Translations under genes and position numbers: made by a program
Notes under the pieces: generated by a model
What the model saw: only the letters and a program-made list of their open reading frames with translations
The model's database searches: none
Told to the model about the DNA's origin: nothing
Part shown: piece after piece, positions 12,264-20,331 of the stretch
How positions within the stretch are numbered: the stretch's first letter is position 1
Layout: each line of letters begins with the position of its first letter
Sequence record: MZ956761.1
Reading direction: 5' to 3' (one strand)
Length of the DNA: 64,000 nucleotides
From: a phage

Positions 12264-12539
12264 ATGTTTCCGACTTATTCTAAAATCGTAGAAGTAGTGT
12301 TTAGCCAAATTATTGCTAATAATATGTTTGAAAAGCTTGATAACGCAGCCGAGCTTCGAATTCATGCTCAAGTGACTCATGTATTGAATACTTTGCTTCC
12401 AGACCAGGTGGATTCTATTGCCATTACGCTGTATCCAGGTTCCGCGCATATCATTGTCGTATTCGGTCTTGATGCTGAGCTAGTCATCAAAGGTGATATT
12501 CGTTTTGAATCGCAGACATCAGAATTCAAAGCAATTTAA
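12264..12539 (+). CDS. cd.3: Hypothetical protein (91 aa)
   Basis: ATG ORF; symbol by synteny. Confidence 0.5.
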   Translation: MFPTYSKIVEVVFSQIIANNMFEKLDNAAELRIHAQVTHVLNTLLPDQVDSIAITLYPGSAHIIVVFGLDAELVIKGDIRFESQTSEFKAI

Positions 12540-12541
12540 TA

Positions 12542-12580
12542 GTTTACTTTATGGTAGAGTTGTGATATTATAGCTCTACC
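12542..12580 (+). promoter_or_regulatory. T4-type early promoter embedded in dyad symmetry
   Basis: GTTTAC 12542-12547, 18-nt spacer, gTGaTATTAT; GGTAGAG / CTCTACC inverted repeat flanks the -10; GAGGAAAACAAAATG follows. Confidence 0.6.
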
Positions 12581-12601
12581 AAAACAAATGAGGAAAACAA
12601 A

Positions 12602-12838
12602 ATGCTAAGTGAAAAACCAATTACTGTTAAAGAATTCCAAGAAAAAGTTAAACTATTTGCTCAGGAATTGGTAAATAAGGTTTCTGAACGATTTCCAGAA
12701 ACATCGGTTCGCGTTATTACCGAAACTCCTCGTTCAGTATTAGTAATTGTGAATCCAGGTGATGGTGATCAAATAACACATCTCAAACTGGATTTTGATG
12801 GATTAGTTGAAGCACAAAGGGTGTATGGCGTACTATGA
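12602..12838 (+). CDS. cd.2: Hypothetical protein (78 aa)
   Basis: ATG ORF with GAGGAAA RBS; symbol by synteny. Confidence 0.55.
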   Translation: MLSEKPITVKEFQEKVKLFAQELVNKVSERFPETSVRVITETPRSVLVIVNPGDGDQITHLKLDFDGLVEAQRVYGVL

Positions 12839-13173
12839 TGAATTTAACTGATATAATTGATAATTGTCTTGAAAATGATACTGGCGATCATAGAGCGCTT
12901 GACTCTGAAACAGCACAGTTCATTAGAATAACTTTAATGAATGACACTCTAGTGAATAGTATTCATCCTTCTGTGTATGATGCTATTATTGTGACGAAGT
13001 ATCCAGTTGAGCTTCACAAAAAGATTGTTGGCGCAATTTTTATTGATAAGAAAAACCGCTTTAAAGATGGGCAGAATATAATTAGTTCTGTTATTAAAAG
13101 TATAACTAAACTTCGTCACGAAATTTATCGTGTTGAAACTGCTAAATCTGCTTATCTGGTGATTATGAAATGA
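12835..13173 (+). CDS. cd.1: Hypothetical protein (112 aa)
   Basis: ATG ORF, ATGA overlaps on both sides; symbol by synteny. Confidence 0.55.
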   Translation: MMNLTDIIDNCLENDTGDHRALDSETAQFIRITLMNDTLVNSIHPSVYDAIIVTKYPVELHKKIVGAIFIDKKNRFKDGQNIISSVIKSITKLRHEIYRVETAKSAYLVIMK

Positions 13174-13751
13174 AAGCGAGTACAGTACTTCAAATTGCAT
13201 ATTTAGTATCACAAGAATCAAAATGTTGCTCCTGGAAGGTAGGAGCAGTAATTGAAAAGAATGGACGTATTATTTCTACCGGATATAATGGTTCACCTGC
13301 CGGGGGTGTGAACTGTTGTGATTATGCTGCTGAGCAAGGTTGGTTGCTGAATAAGCCTAAACATACTATCATTCAAGGTCATAAACCCGAATGCGTATCA
13401 TTTGGTTCAACTGATCGTTTTGTCTTGGCGAAAGAACACCGTAGCGCTCACTCTGAATGGTCGTCTAAAAATGAAATTCATGCTGAACTAAATGCGATTT
13501 TGTTTGCTGCACGAAATGGTTCTTCAATTGAAGGTGCTACTATGTATGTAACACTTTCTCCTTGCCCAGATTGCGCAAAAGCGATAGCTCAATCTGGTAT
13601 TAAAAAGCTGGTTTATTGTGAAACATACGATAAAAATAAACCTGGCTGGGATGATATTCTGCGAAATGCAGGTATTGAAGTGTTTAATGTTCCTAAGAAA
13701 AACTTGAATAAGTTAAACTGGGAAAATATCAACGAATTCTGTGGTGAATAA
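13170..13751 (+). CDS. cd: dCMP deaminase
   Basis: 193 aa; zinc-dependent deaminase motifs HAE and PCxxC (SPCPDCAKAI). Confidence 0.9.
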   Translation: MKASTVLQIAYLVSQESKCCSWKVGAVIEKNGRIISTGYNGSPAGGVNCCDYAAEQGWLLNKPKHTIIQGHKPECVSFGSTDRFVLAKEHRSAHSEWSSKNEIHAELNAILFAARNGSSIEGATMYVTLSPCPDCAKAIAQSGIKKLVYCETYDKNKPGWDDILRNAGIEVFNVPKKNLNKLNWENINEFCGE

Positions 13752-13987
13752 TGAAATTTCGTTTGGTACAGCTCACAGCAATTAGTTCTTATTCTAACGA
13801 GAATATTTCATTTGCTGTAGAGTATAAGAAATATTTTTTCTCTAAATGGAAGCAGTATTATAAGTCAGAATGGGTTTGTATTGATAGACCGTATAGTTGG
13901 AAATCTGATTTAGAAAAATGCCAAAAATTGCTTTCCACTCTTAAAGAACGTGGAACAACCCATATTAAAACTGTAATAGGTAAATAA
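13751..13987 (+). CDS. 31.2: Hypothetical protein (78 aa)
   Basis: ATG ORF; symbol by synteny. Confidence 0.5.
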   Translation: MKFRLVQLTAISSYSNENISFAVEYKKYFFSKWKQYYKSEWVCIDRPYSWKSDLEKCQKLLSTLKERGTTHIKTVIGK

Positions 13988-14296
13988 ATGAAACTGACAA
14001 CTGAACAGAAAGTAGCAATTCGTGAAATTTTGAAAACTAAATTGTCCATGGGGGTTTCAAACGTAGTTTTTGAAAAGTCTGATGGTACTATTCGTACTAT
14101 GAAAGGCACTCGTGATGCGGACTTTATGCCAACCATGCAAACTGGTAAATTGACTGAATCTGCTCGGAAAGAATCTACTGATATGATTCCAGTATTTGAT
14201 GTTGAGCTTGGCGAGTGGCGAGGTTTTTCTATTGACAAATTGATTTCCGTTAATGGTATGAAAGTTGAGCATTTGCTCCAATTTATTGGTAAATAA
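13988..14296 (+). CDS. 31.1: Hypothetical protein (102 aa)
   Basis: ATG ORF; symbol by synteny. Confidence 0.55.
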   Translation: MKLTTEQKVAIREILKTKLSMGVSNVVFEKSDGTIRTMKGTRDADFMPTMQTGKLTESARKESTDMIPVFDVELGEWRGFSIDKLISVNGMKVEHLLQFIGK

Positions 14297-14297
14297 A

Positions 14298-14322
14298 TGC
14301 TTTAAGAATTATTTGTTATTAT
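14298..14322 (+). promoter_or_regulatory. Middle promoter candidate for gene 31 (MotA box TGCTTTA plus TATTAT)
   Basis: aaaTGCTTTA, 12-nt spacer, TATTAT. Confidence 0.5.
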
Positions 14323-14352
14323 TAATTCATCTGTTAACAAAAAGGAAAAACG

Positions 14353-14688
14353 ATGTCTGAAGTACAACAGCTACCAATTCGTGCTGTCGGTGAATATGTT
14401 ATTTTAGTTTCTGAACCTGCACAAGCCGGTGATGAAGAAGTTACAGAATCAGGACTTATTATCGGTAAACGTGTTCAAGGTGAAGTTCCTGAACTGTGTG
14501 TAGTTCACTCTGTTGGTCCTGATGTTCCTGAAGGTTTCTGTGAAGTTGGTGATTTGACTTCTCTTCCAGTTGGTCAAATTCGAAACGTTCCACACCCTTT
14601 TGTAGCTCTGGGTCTTAAGCAGCCAAAAGAAATTAAACAAAAATTCGTTACCTGTCACTATAAAGCTATTCCGTGTCTTTATAAGTGA
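14353..14688 (+). CDS. 31: Co-chaperonin gp31 (GroES functional homologue)
   Basis: 111 aa [19 protein letters not shown]...; length and sequence as recalled for T4 gp31. Confidence 0.9.
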
Positions 14689-14696
14689 TATAAATA
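14689..14696 (+). promoter_or_regulatory. Late promoter TATAAATA
   Basis: Exact TATAAATA directly after gene 31 stop, upstream of rIII leader. Confidence 0.5.
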
Positions 14697-14835
14697 ATAA
14701 TATGAATTGGGTGTCGGAATAATAAGTTAACCGAACAATTCTACGTGGTAGTCTACAACTGAGAGATCTGTCGAAAGAAGATGAAATTCAGAAGAACGTG
14801 ACTACCGAATTTTAATCTCTAACGAGAATTTTTAA

Positions 14836-15084
14836 ATGATTAAACAATTACAACACGCTCTTGAACTGCAACGAAACGCATGGAATAATGGTCACGAAAA
14901 CTATGGCGCATCTATTGATGTTGAAGCCGAAGCTCTTGAAATCCTGCGTTATTTCAAACATCTGAATCCTGCTCAAACTGCATTAGCTGCTGAGCTTCAG
15001 GAAAAAGATGAACTTAAATATGCTAAGCCTCTGGCTTCTGCCGCACGAAAAGCAGTTCGTCACTTTGTGGTAACACTGAAGTAA
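14836..15084 (+). CDS. rIII: rIII lysis-inhibition accessory protein
   Basis: 82 aa MIKQLQHALELQRNAWNNGHENYG...; length as T4 RIII. Confidence 0.85.
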   Translation: MIKQLQHALELQRNAWNNGHENYGASIDVEAEALEILRYFKHLNPAQTALAAELQEKDELKYAKPLASAARKAVRHFVVTLK

Positions 15085-15279
15085 TTTATTGGAGAGTCAC
15101 TGCCTTAGTGTGAAGTTAAAACGAGGAGCCGTCGAACTTTGTTTTACGGTGTACCTCTTGAATGTTGACGAGGTTTATGGTTATCCTGTCGGTAAATATT
15201 CAAAACCTAAGTACCCCCTTGAGGGCTTGCGCAGGCAATGCCAATAAGTCCTGCATTTTCATTTAAAAGAGAATTTATA

Positions 15280-15456
15280 ATGGCAAAACAAGCTAAAGCA
15301 AAGAAAGCAGTTGAAAAGAAAGTTGGTGATTCTAAACGCGCTGGTTACAAGCGTGGGTCGAACTCTCGTATCAATCAAACTGTTGAGAAGATCATGCGCC
15401 GAGCACGTGCGGTTCTTCGAGATGATGCTTCTCGTTTTGGTAAGCAGAAAGTATAA
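15280..15456 (+). CDS. 30.9: Small highly basic protein (about 58 aa)
   Basis: MAKQAKAKKAVEKKVGDSKRAGYKRG...; the upstream ATG at 15238 has no RBS; symbol by synteny (9 ORFs between rIII and gene 30). Confidence 0.55.
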   Translation: MAKQAKAKKAVEKKVGDSKRAGYKRGSNSRINQTVEKIMRRARAVLRDDASRFGKQKV

Positions 15457-15462
15457 GTTGAG

Positions 15463-15490
15463 GACTCCTTCGGGAGTCCTTTTTATTTTC
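15463..15490 (+). terminator. Rho-independent terminator
   Basis: GGACTCC-TTCG-GGAGTCC hairpin followed by TTTTTATTTT. Confidence 0.75.
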
Positions 15491-15508
15491 CAAAGATTGC
15501 ACAAAGTT

Positions 15509-15545
15509 GTTTACAGTATGGTTCCTTTGTGATAGTATTATCTTA
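15509..15545 (+). promoter_or_regulatory. T4-type early promoter
   Basis: GTTTAC 15509-15514, 18-nt spacer, gTGaTAGTAT; followed by AAAGGAGAATAAAATG. Confidence 0.6.
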
Positions 15546-15565
15546 CACAAACAAAGGAGAATAAA

Positions 15566-15898
15566 ATGAAAACGATTAATCTGAACGCTGCAGTTAAAAC
15601 TAAATGCTTCAATGGTAAATATGATGAAACTATGTGGTTCTTAATGGCAGTTGAAGGTGATATTATTGAAGTAGAAACAACAGAAGGTATGGGAACAGAT
15701 TTCACCTTTACAATTCAAGTTCATAATTTCTTTACTGGTTGGATTTATGAATTGAATACAGTAATCGTTGGAAAAATTGAACAAAATGAATTAGGTGAAT
15801 GGCATTATGTTACAGCTCGCCAACGCGCAGAACGCTTAATTGAGAAGATGAAAAAAGTTGGTAAACTTGACATGCAGCACTGGAAAGTAGTAAAATAA
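15566..15898 (+). CDS. 30.8: Hypothetical protein (110 aa)
   Basis: ATG with AAGGAGA RBS; symbol by synteny. Confidence 0.6.
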   Translation: MKTINLNAAVKTKCFNGKYDETMWFLMAVEGDIIEVETTEGMGTDFTFTIQVHNFFTGWIYELNTVIVGKIEQNELGEWHYVTARQRAERLIEKMKKVGKLDMQHWKVVK

Positions 15899-15901
15899 TT
15901 G

Positions 15902-15942
15902 TTTACTTTGGTACAGGATATGATATTATATACCTGTACCGC
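15902..15942 (+). promoter_or_regulatory. T4-type early promoter embedded in dyad symmetry
   Basis: GTTTAC 15902-15907, 17-nt spacer, TATTAT; GGTACAGG / CCTGTACC inverted repeat flanks the -10. Confidence 0.6.
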
Positions 15943-15965
15943 AATTAAACATCTTGGAGAATAAA

Positions 15966-16331
15966 ATGAACTACATCAACTTTGAACGTAAATATGTTTC
16001 TAATGGTATTGCAGGTTCTATTGATACTATTTGCCTCTGGAAACATCAAAACGGATCAGTATGCGAAATTGAACAGTATATGACTCCTAACTACGTTTAT
16101 ATGCGATTTGAAAATGGCATCACGGTTTCAATCACAATGGAAGGTTCCAACTTCAAAATCGCTCTGGATGATGATTTTCGTCAACGTGATTTAGGGACTC
16201 ATCCTTGCTGGAATGGCGTTAATCGCAAGCTTCTGGTTAAAACTTGGATTCGTCATATTCTGAGTAACAGAGCTAAACCTGAGCATCTTGAAGCGATCTT
16301 TGATGTAGTTCTTAATGAATTTGATATTTAA
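15966..16331 (+). CDS. 30.7: Hypothetical protein (121 aa)
   Basis: ATG at 15966 with GGAGAATAAA RBS (track ORF starts at an upstream TTG); symbol by synteny. Confidence 0.6.
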   Translation: MNYINFERKYVSNGIAGSIDTICLWKHQNGSVCEIEQYMTPNYVYMRFENGITVSITMEGSNFKIALDDDFRQRDLGTHPCWNGVNRKLLVKTWIRHILSNRAKPEHLEAIFDVVLNEFDI

Positions 16332-16342
16332 AATAAAATGAG

Positions 16343-16356
16343 GGGCTTCGGCCCCT
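16343..16356 (+). terminator. GC hairpin without clear U-tract (attenuator or processing/stability element)
   Basis: GGGGC-TTCG-GCCCC between 30.7 and 30.6, followed by TTACTGAGGAAAA. Confidence 0.35.
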
Positions 16357-16372
16357 TACTGAGGAAAATATA

Positions 16373-16660
16373 ATGTTTATGACTACTTATTTTGATACTC
16401 GTAAAAACTTCTGCGAAGTGGTTTTCTCTAAGGCGCCTAAAGACCTTCCTGCTCATTTGCAACCTACCAGCGAATCGATTAAAAACTACGTTAATGTAGT
16501 ATGTCCTTTAGAGTTCCGTACTGTAAATGGGCGCGATACTTTAGCTATCACTAAACTTAATCGTGAAATTGACATTGACCCTTCAATTGCGCGTGAAATT
16601 AATATTTCTGATATTGGCGGTGGTAATGTTAAATCACACGGCTTTCAGATGAGGTTCTAA
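16373..16660 (+). CDS. 30.6: Hypothetical protein (95 aa)
   Basis: ATG with GAGGAAAA RBS; symbol by synteny. Confidence 0.55.
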   Translation: MFMTTYFDTRKNFCEVVFSKAPKDLPAHLQPTSESIKNYVNVVCPLEFRTVNGRDTLAITKLNREIDIDPSIAREINISDIGGGNVKSHGFQMRF

Positions 16661-16857
16661 TGAAATTCTTTTTAGGTCAAACTGTTGAATTAAAGGGAGT
16701 TGGTATACCTGGATTAATTTCTAAGGTTCTACCTCCATTTAAATGGAGTGGTATTCAAATAAAAGAGGCTTATATTGTTTCCTGGGTAGATGGAAATGAA
16801 GACCTTCGTATGGGTGATGAATTATCTCCTATTTACGGATTAAAGGAATTAGTATGA
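16660..16857 (+). CDS. 30.5: Hypothetical protein (65 aa)
   Basis: ATG ORF with overlapping junctions; symbol by synteny. Confidence 0.5.
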   Translation: MKFFLGQTVELKGVGIPGLISKVLPPFKWSGIQIKEAYIVSWVDGNEDLRMGDELSPIYGLKELV

Positions 16858-17060
16858 ATATAATTAATAAGATTTTTGGAATTCAGTACATTAAGGTCAC
16901 ATATAAAGTAACAGATAAAAATCCGTATACTGATGAACACGAAGAACCGAAAGTTGAGTCTATTATATTAGAAAAGGACCCTAACTGGCCAGTTGAATTT
17001 CGTCTTCCTTGCTATGGTCATTGGGCTGATGTTGAAATTATAAGCATTGAAAATGTCTGA
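16854..17060 (+). CDS. 30.4: Hypothetical protein (68 aa)
   Basis: ATG ORF; symbol by synteny. Confidence 0.5.
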   Translation: MNIINKIFGIQYIKVTYKVTDKNPYTDEHEEPKVESIILEKDPNWPVEFRLPCYGHWADVEIISIENV

Positions 17061-17511
17061 GATAGAGATTAGAAGTAATTTTAGATGGCCATCATGCGCA
17101 TTAAGTAATTTCGCCCATTGGCCTTTCGTTATGGATGGTATTCAATTTGGAGGTCTCGAAGGATTCCTCCAAGGGTGCAAGGTGAAAAATGTTGAACAAC
17201 AACGTCGTATATTTGGGTTATCCGGGCTTGCCGCCCAACAAGCTGGAAGGTCTTATGCAAGAGCTCAGGACCGCGGGACCCTCTTCTGGCTTGGAGTTCC
17301 GTTTTCAAGATACTCCCCGGCGTGGAAAGAATTATACACAAATGCATATTTTGAAGCAGCGATCCAAAACAAGGGCTTTCGTGATGCATTACAAGCCTCA
17401 AAAGGAAAAGTTTTGAAGCACAGCATGGCTAGTGGTCTAACAAAAGATGATACAATACTAACCGAAGCTGAATTTATTGATGTGTTAAACCTATTAAGAG
17501 ACTCTCTATGA
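17053..17511 (+). CDS. 30.3: NADAR-domain protein (YbiA-like; candidate ADP-ribose N-glycosidase)
   Basis: About 152 aa from ATG 17053; LSNFAHWPFVMDGIQF..EGFLQGCK pattern resembles the NADAR/DUF1768 family (recalled). Confidence 0.65.
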   Translation: MSEIEIRSNFRWPSCALSNFAHWPFVMDGIQFGGLEGFLQGCKVKNVEQQRRIFGLSGLAAQQAGRSYARAQDRGTLFWLGVPFSRYSPAWKELYTNAYFEAAIQNKGFRDALQASKGKVLKHSMASGLTKDDTILTEAEFIDVLNLLRDSL

Positions 17512-18368
17512 AGCCTACTATTTTGACTGATATTGATGGTGTATGTTTAAGCTGGCAATCAGGTCTTCCTTATTTTGCTCAGAAATATAATCTTCCGTTA
17601 GAACATATTTTAAAAATGATCCAAGATGAGAAATTTATTTCTCCTGGTAAACTCTTTAATTGTGATGAAGAACTTGGCGTCAAGTTAATTGAAAAATACA
17701 ATCGTTCAGATTTTATTCGTTACTTGTCTCCATATAAAGATGCCCTGTGTGTAATTAACAAGTTAAAAGAAGATTATAATTTTGTTGCTGTTACAGCATT
17801 GGGTGATTCTATTGACGCTCTGCTGAATCGTCAATTTAATTTGAATGCTCTTTTTCCTGGTGCCTTCTCAGAAGTATTGATGTGTGGTCATGATTCTTCA
17901 AAAGAAGAGTTGTTCAAAAAGGCAAAAGAGAAATATAACGTAATTTGTTATATCGACGATCTCGCTCACCACTGCGATCATGCGAGTGAAATATTAAGTG
18001 TTCCTGTTTATTGGATGGCTCGAGGGGAGCGTGACAATATTCCAAAAACTGCACAGCGAGTTTATACATGGAATGATGTCGAGAATAAGCTTTTTCCATC
18101 GAAGGAAAATAAAGAAAGTTTTGATAGTGAAAAAGCTATAAAAGATGTAATTGAAAAGATGATTAAAAACGATTCTTTTCGTTGGAACACTACTTGGAGA
18201 ACTCCTGGATTTAATCCTTATAATCCATATCATCCATATTATACACACTCATATCAGAATCCATTCCATCCATTCCATACATGGAGTTATATTAAGCCTG
18301 GCGATGCAGGGTATTTTAATAGACTTACTAGTGGTAGTGGTGATAATATTTTCCAAGGAGCATTCTAA
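17508..18368 (+). CDS. 30.2: HAD-superfamily 5'(3')-deoxyribonucleotidase-like protein with low-complexity C-terminal tail
   Basis: 286 aa; N-terminal ILTDIDGV (DxDG HAD motif I); C-terminal P/Y/H/N-rich tail GFNPYNPYHPYYTHSYQNPFHPFHTWSY. Confidence 0.6.
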   Translation: MKPTILTDIDGVCLSWQSGLPYFAQKYNLPLEHILKMIQDEKFISPGKLFNCDEELGVKLIEKYNRSDFIRYLSPYKDALCVINKLKEDYNFVAVTALGDSIDALLNRQFNLNALFPGAFSEVLMCGHDSSKEELFKKAKEKYNVICYIDDLAHHCDHASEILSVPVYWMARGERDNIPKTAQRVYTWNDVENKLFPSKENKESFDSEKAIKDVIEKMIKNDSFRWNTTWRTPGFNPYNPYHPYYTHSYQNPFHPFHTWSYIKPGDAGYFNRLTSGSGDNIFQGAF

Positions 18369-18637
18369 TGTTTGTTGTTCACACTATTTATGAAAATGAA
18401 GGTAATACTACTCGTGATTACGGTCACGTAAATCAATTTTTTAGATGCAATCCAGAATTTCGAGCTCAAAAAGACGAACGAATTTTTAAAAAATGTGTAG
18501 AGCAAGGTTTCATTTACGTCAAGCATTGGATGCAAGGAAATAAAGTTAGAACCACGTACCATAGGTCTTTGACTGAGCTTAATGATGAATTGATTTATAA
18601 TAGAGCTGTAAACCAAACTCTAAAGGATGAACAATGA
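18368..18637 (+). CDS. 30.1: Hypothetical protein (89 aa)
   Basis: ATG ORF, ATGA overlaps with neighbours; symbol by synteny. Confidence 0.5.
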   Translation: MFVVHTIYENEGNTTRDYGHVNQFFRCNPEFRAQKDERIFKKCVEQGFIYVKHWMQGNKVRTTYHRSLTELNDELIYNRAVNQTLKDEQ

Positions 18638-20097
18638 TTCTTAAAATTCTGAACGAAATAGCATCTATTGGTTCAACTAAGCAGAAGCAAGCAATTCTTG
18701 AAAAGAATAAAGATAATGAATTGCTTAAACGAGTATATCGTCTGACTTATTCTCGTGGGTTGCAGTATTATATCAAGAAATGGCCTAAATCTGGTATTGC
18801 TACCCAGAGTTTTGGAATGTTGACTCTTACCGATATGCTTGACTTCATTGAATTTACATTAGCTACTCGGAAATTGACCGGAAATGCGGCAATTGAGGAA
18901 TTAGTAGGTTATATTACTGACGGTAAAAAAGATGATGTTGAAGTTTTGCGTCGAGTGATGATGCGAGACCTTGAATGTGGTGCTTCAGTATCTATTGCAA
19001 ACAAAGTTTGGCCAGGTTTAATTCCTGAACAACCTCAAATGCTCGCAAGTTCTTATGATGAAAAAGGCATTAGTAAGAATATCAAATTTCCAGCCTTTGC
19101 ACAATTAAAAGCAGATGGAGCTCGGTGTTTTGCTGAAGTCCGAGGTGATGAATTAGATGATGTTCGTCTTTTATCACGAGCTGGTAATGAATATCTAGGA
19201 TTAGATCTTCTTAAGGAAGAGTTAATCAAAATGACTGCTGAAGCCCGCCAGATTCATCCAGAAGGTGTGTTAATCGATGGCGAATTGGTATACCATGAGC
19301 AAGTTAAAAAGGAACCAGAAGGCCTAGATTTTCTTTTTGATGCTTATCCTGAAATTAGTAAAGCTAAAGAATTCGCCGAAGTAGCGGAATCTCGTACTAC
19401 TTCTAATGGAATCGCTAATAAATCTTTAAAGGGAACTATTTCAGAAAAAGAAGCTCAATGCATGAAGTTTCAGGTCTGGGATTATGTTCCGTTGGTAGAA
19501 ATATACGGTCTTCCAGCATTTCGTTTAAAATATGATGTACGTTTTTCTAAATTAGAACAAATGACATCAGGATATGATAAAGTAATTTTAATTGAAAACC
19601 AAGTAGTAAATAACCTAGATGAAGCTAAGGTAATTTATAAAAAGTATATTGACCAAGGTCTTGAAGGTATTATTCTCAAAAATATCGATGGATTATGGGA
19701 AAATGCTCGTTCAAAAAATCTCTATAAATTTAAAGAAGTAATTGATGTTGATTTAAAAATTGTAGGAATTTATCCTCACCGTAAAGACCCTACTAAAGCA
19801 GGTGGATTTATTCTTGAGTCAGAGTGTGGAAAAATTAAGGTAAATGCTGGTTCAGGCTTAAAAGATAAAGCCGGCGTAAAATCGCATGAACTTGACCGTA
19901 CTCGCATTATGGAAAACCAAAATTATTATATTGGAAAAATTCTAGAGTGCGAATGCAACGGTTGGTTAAAATCTGATGGCCGCACTGATTACGTTAAATT
20001 ATTTCTTCCGATTGCGATTCGTTTGCGTGAAGATAAAACTAAAGCTAATACATTCGAAGATGTATTTGGTGATTTTCATGAGGTAACTGGTTTATGA
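18634..20097 (+). CDS. 30: ATP-dependent DNA ligase
   Basis: 487 aa; adenylation motif KADGAR (FAQLKADGARCFAEV); length as T4 ligase. Confidence 0.95.
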   Translation: MILKILNEIASIGSTKQKQAILEKNKDNELLKRVYRLTYSRGLQYYIKKWPKSGIATQSFGMLTLTDMLDFIEFTLATRKLTGNAAIEELVGYITDGKKDDVEVLRRVMMRDLECGASVSIANKVWPGLIPEQPQMLASSYDEKGISKNIKFPAFAQLKADGARCFAEVRGDELDDVRLLSRAGNEYLGLDLLKEELIKMTAEARQIHPEGVLIDGELVYHEQVKKEPEGLDFLFDAYPEISKAKEFAEVAESRTTSNGIANKSLKGTISEKEAQCMKFQVWDYVPLVEIYGLPAFRLKYDVRFSKLEQMTSGYDKVILIENQVVNNLDEAKVIYKKYIDQGLEGIILKNIDGLWENARSKNLYKFKEVIDVDLKIVGIYPHRKDPTKAGGFILESECGKIKVNAGSGLKDKAGVKSHELDRTRIMENQNYYIGKILECECNGWLKSDGRTDYVKLFLPIAIRLREDKTKANTFEDVFGDFHEVTGL

Positions 20098-20282
20098 AAG
20101 CTTACTTAGAAACAATTGTTGTGGCTCAAAAAGAAGGCGGAGATGTTTCTACTTCTGTATCACAAATCATGATTGAATTTATAGATGCATATGCTTATAA
20201 TAAATTCACAGAAACTTTTGATGCTTATGAAAAAGGTCCAAAGTTTGAAATATATCGTACTCTCTTACCAATAGATTATTAA
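20094..20282 (+). CDS. Hypothetical protein (62 aa)
   Basis: ATG overlapping ligase stop; followed by terminator. Confidence 0.5.
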   Translation: MKAYLETIVVAQKEGGDVSTSVSQIMIEFIDAYAYNKFTETFDAYEKGPKFEIYRTLLPIDY

Positions 20283-20303
20283 AGGCCTTCGGGCCTTTAA
20301 TTT
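20281..20303 (+). terminator. Rho-independent terminator
   Basis: AAAGGCC-TTCG-GGCCTTT followed by AATTTT. Confidence 0.65.
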
Positions 20304-20311
20304 TATAAATA
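20304..20311 (+). promoter_or_regulatory. Late promoter TATAAATA upstream of first alt gene
   Basis: Exact TATAAATA about 20 nt upstream of the alt ATG. Confidence 0.6.
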
Positions 20312-20331
20312 GAATAAACACTAGAGAGGAT

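Noticed and set aside
15085-15237. 34-codon ATG ORF in the rIII-30.9 intergenic region
   Set aside because: No ribosome-binding site and a hydrophobic low-complexity product; the region is treated as a structured leader instead.
17129-17416. Overlapping 90-aa (minus) and 75-aa (plus) ORFs inside the NADAR gene
   Set aside because: Alternative-frame ORFs in a GC-richer patch of a gene with a clear conserved-domain reading frame; no RBS.
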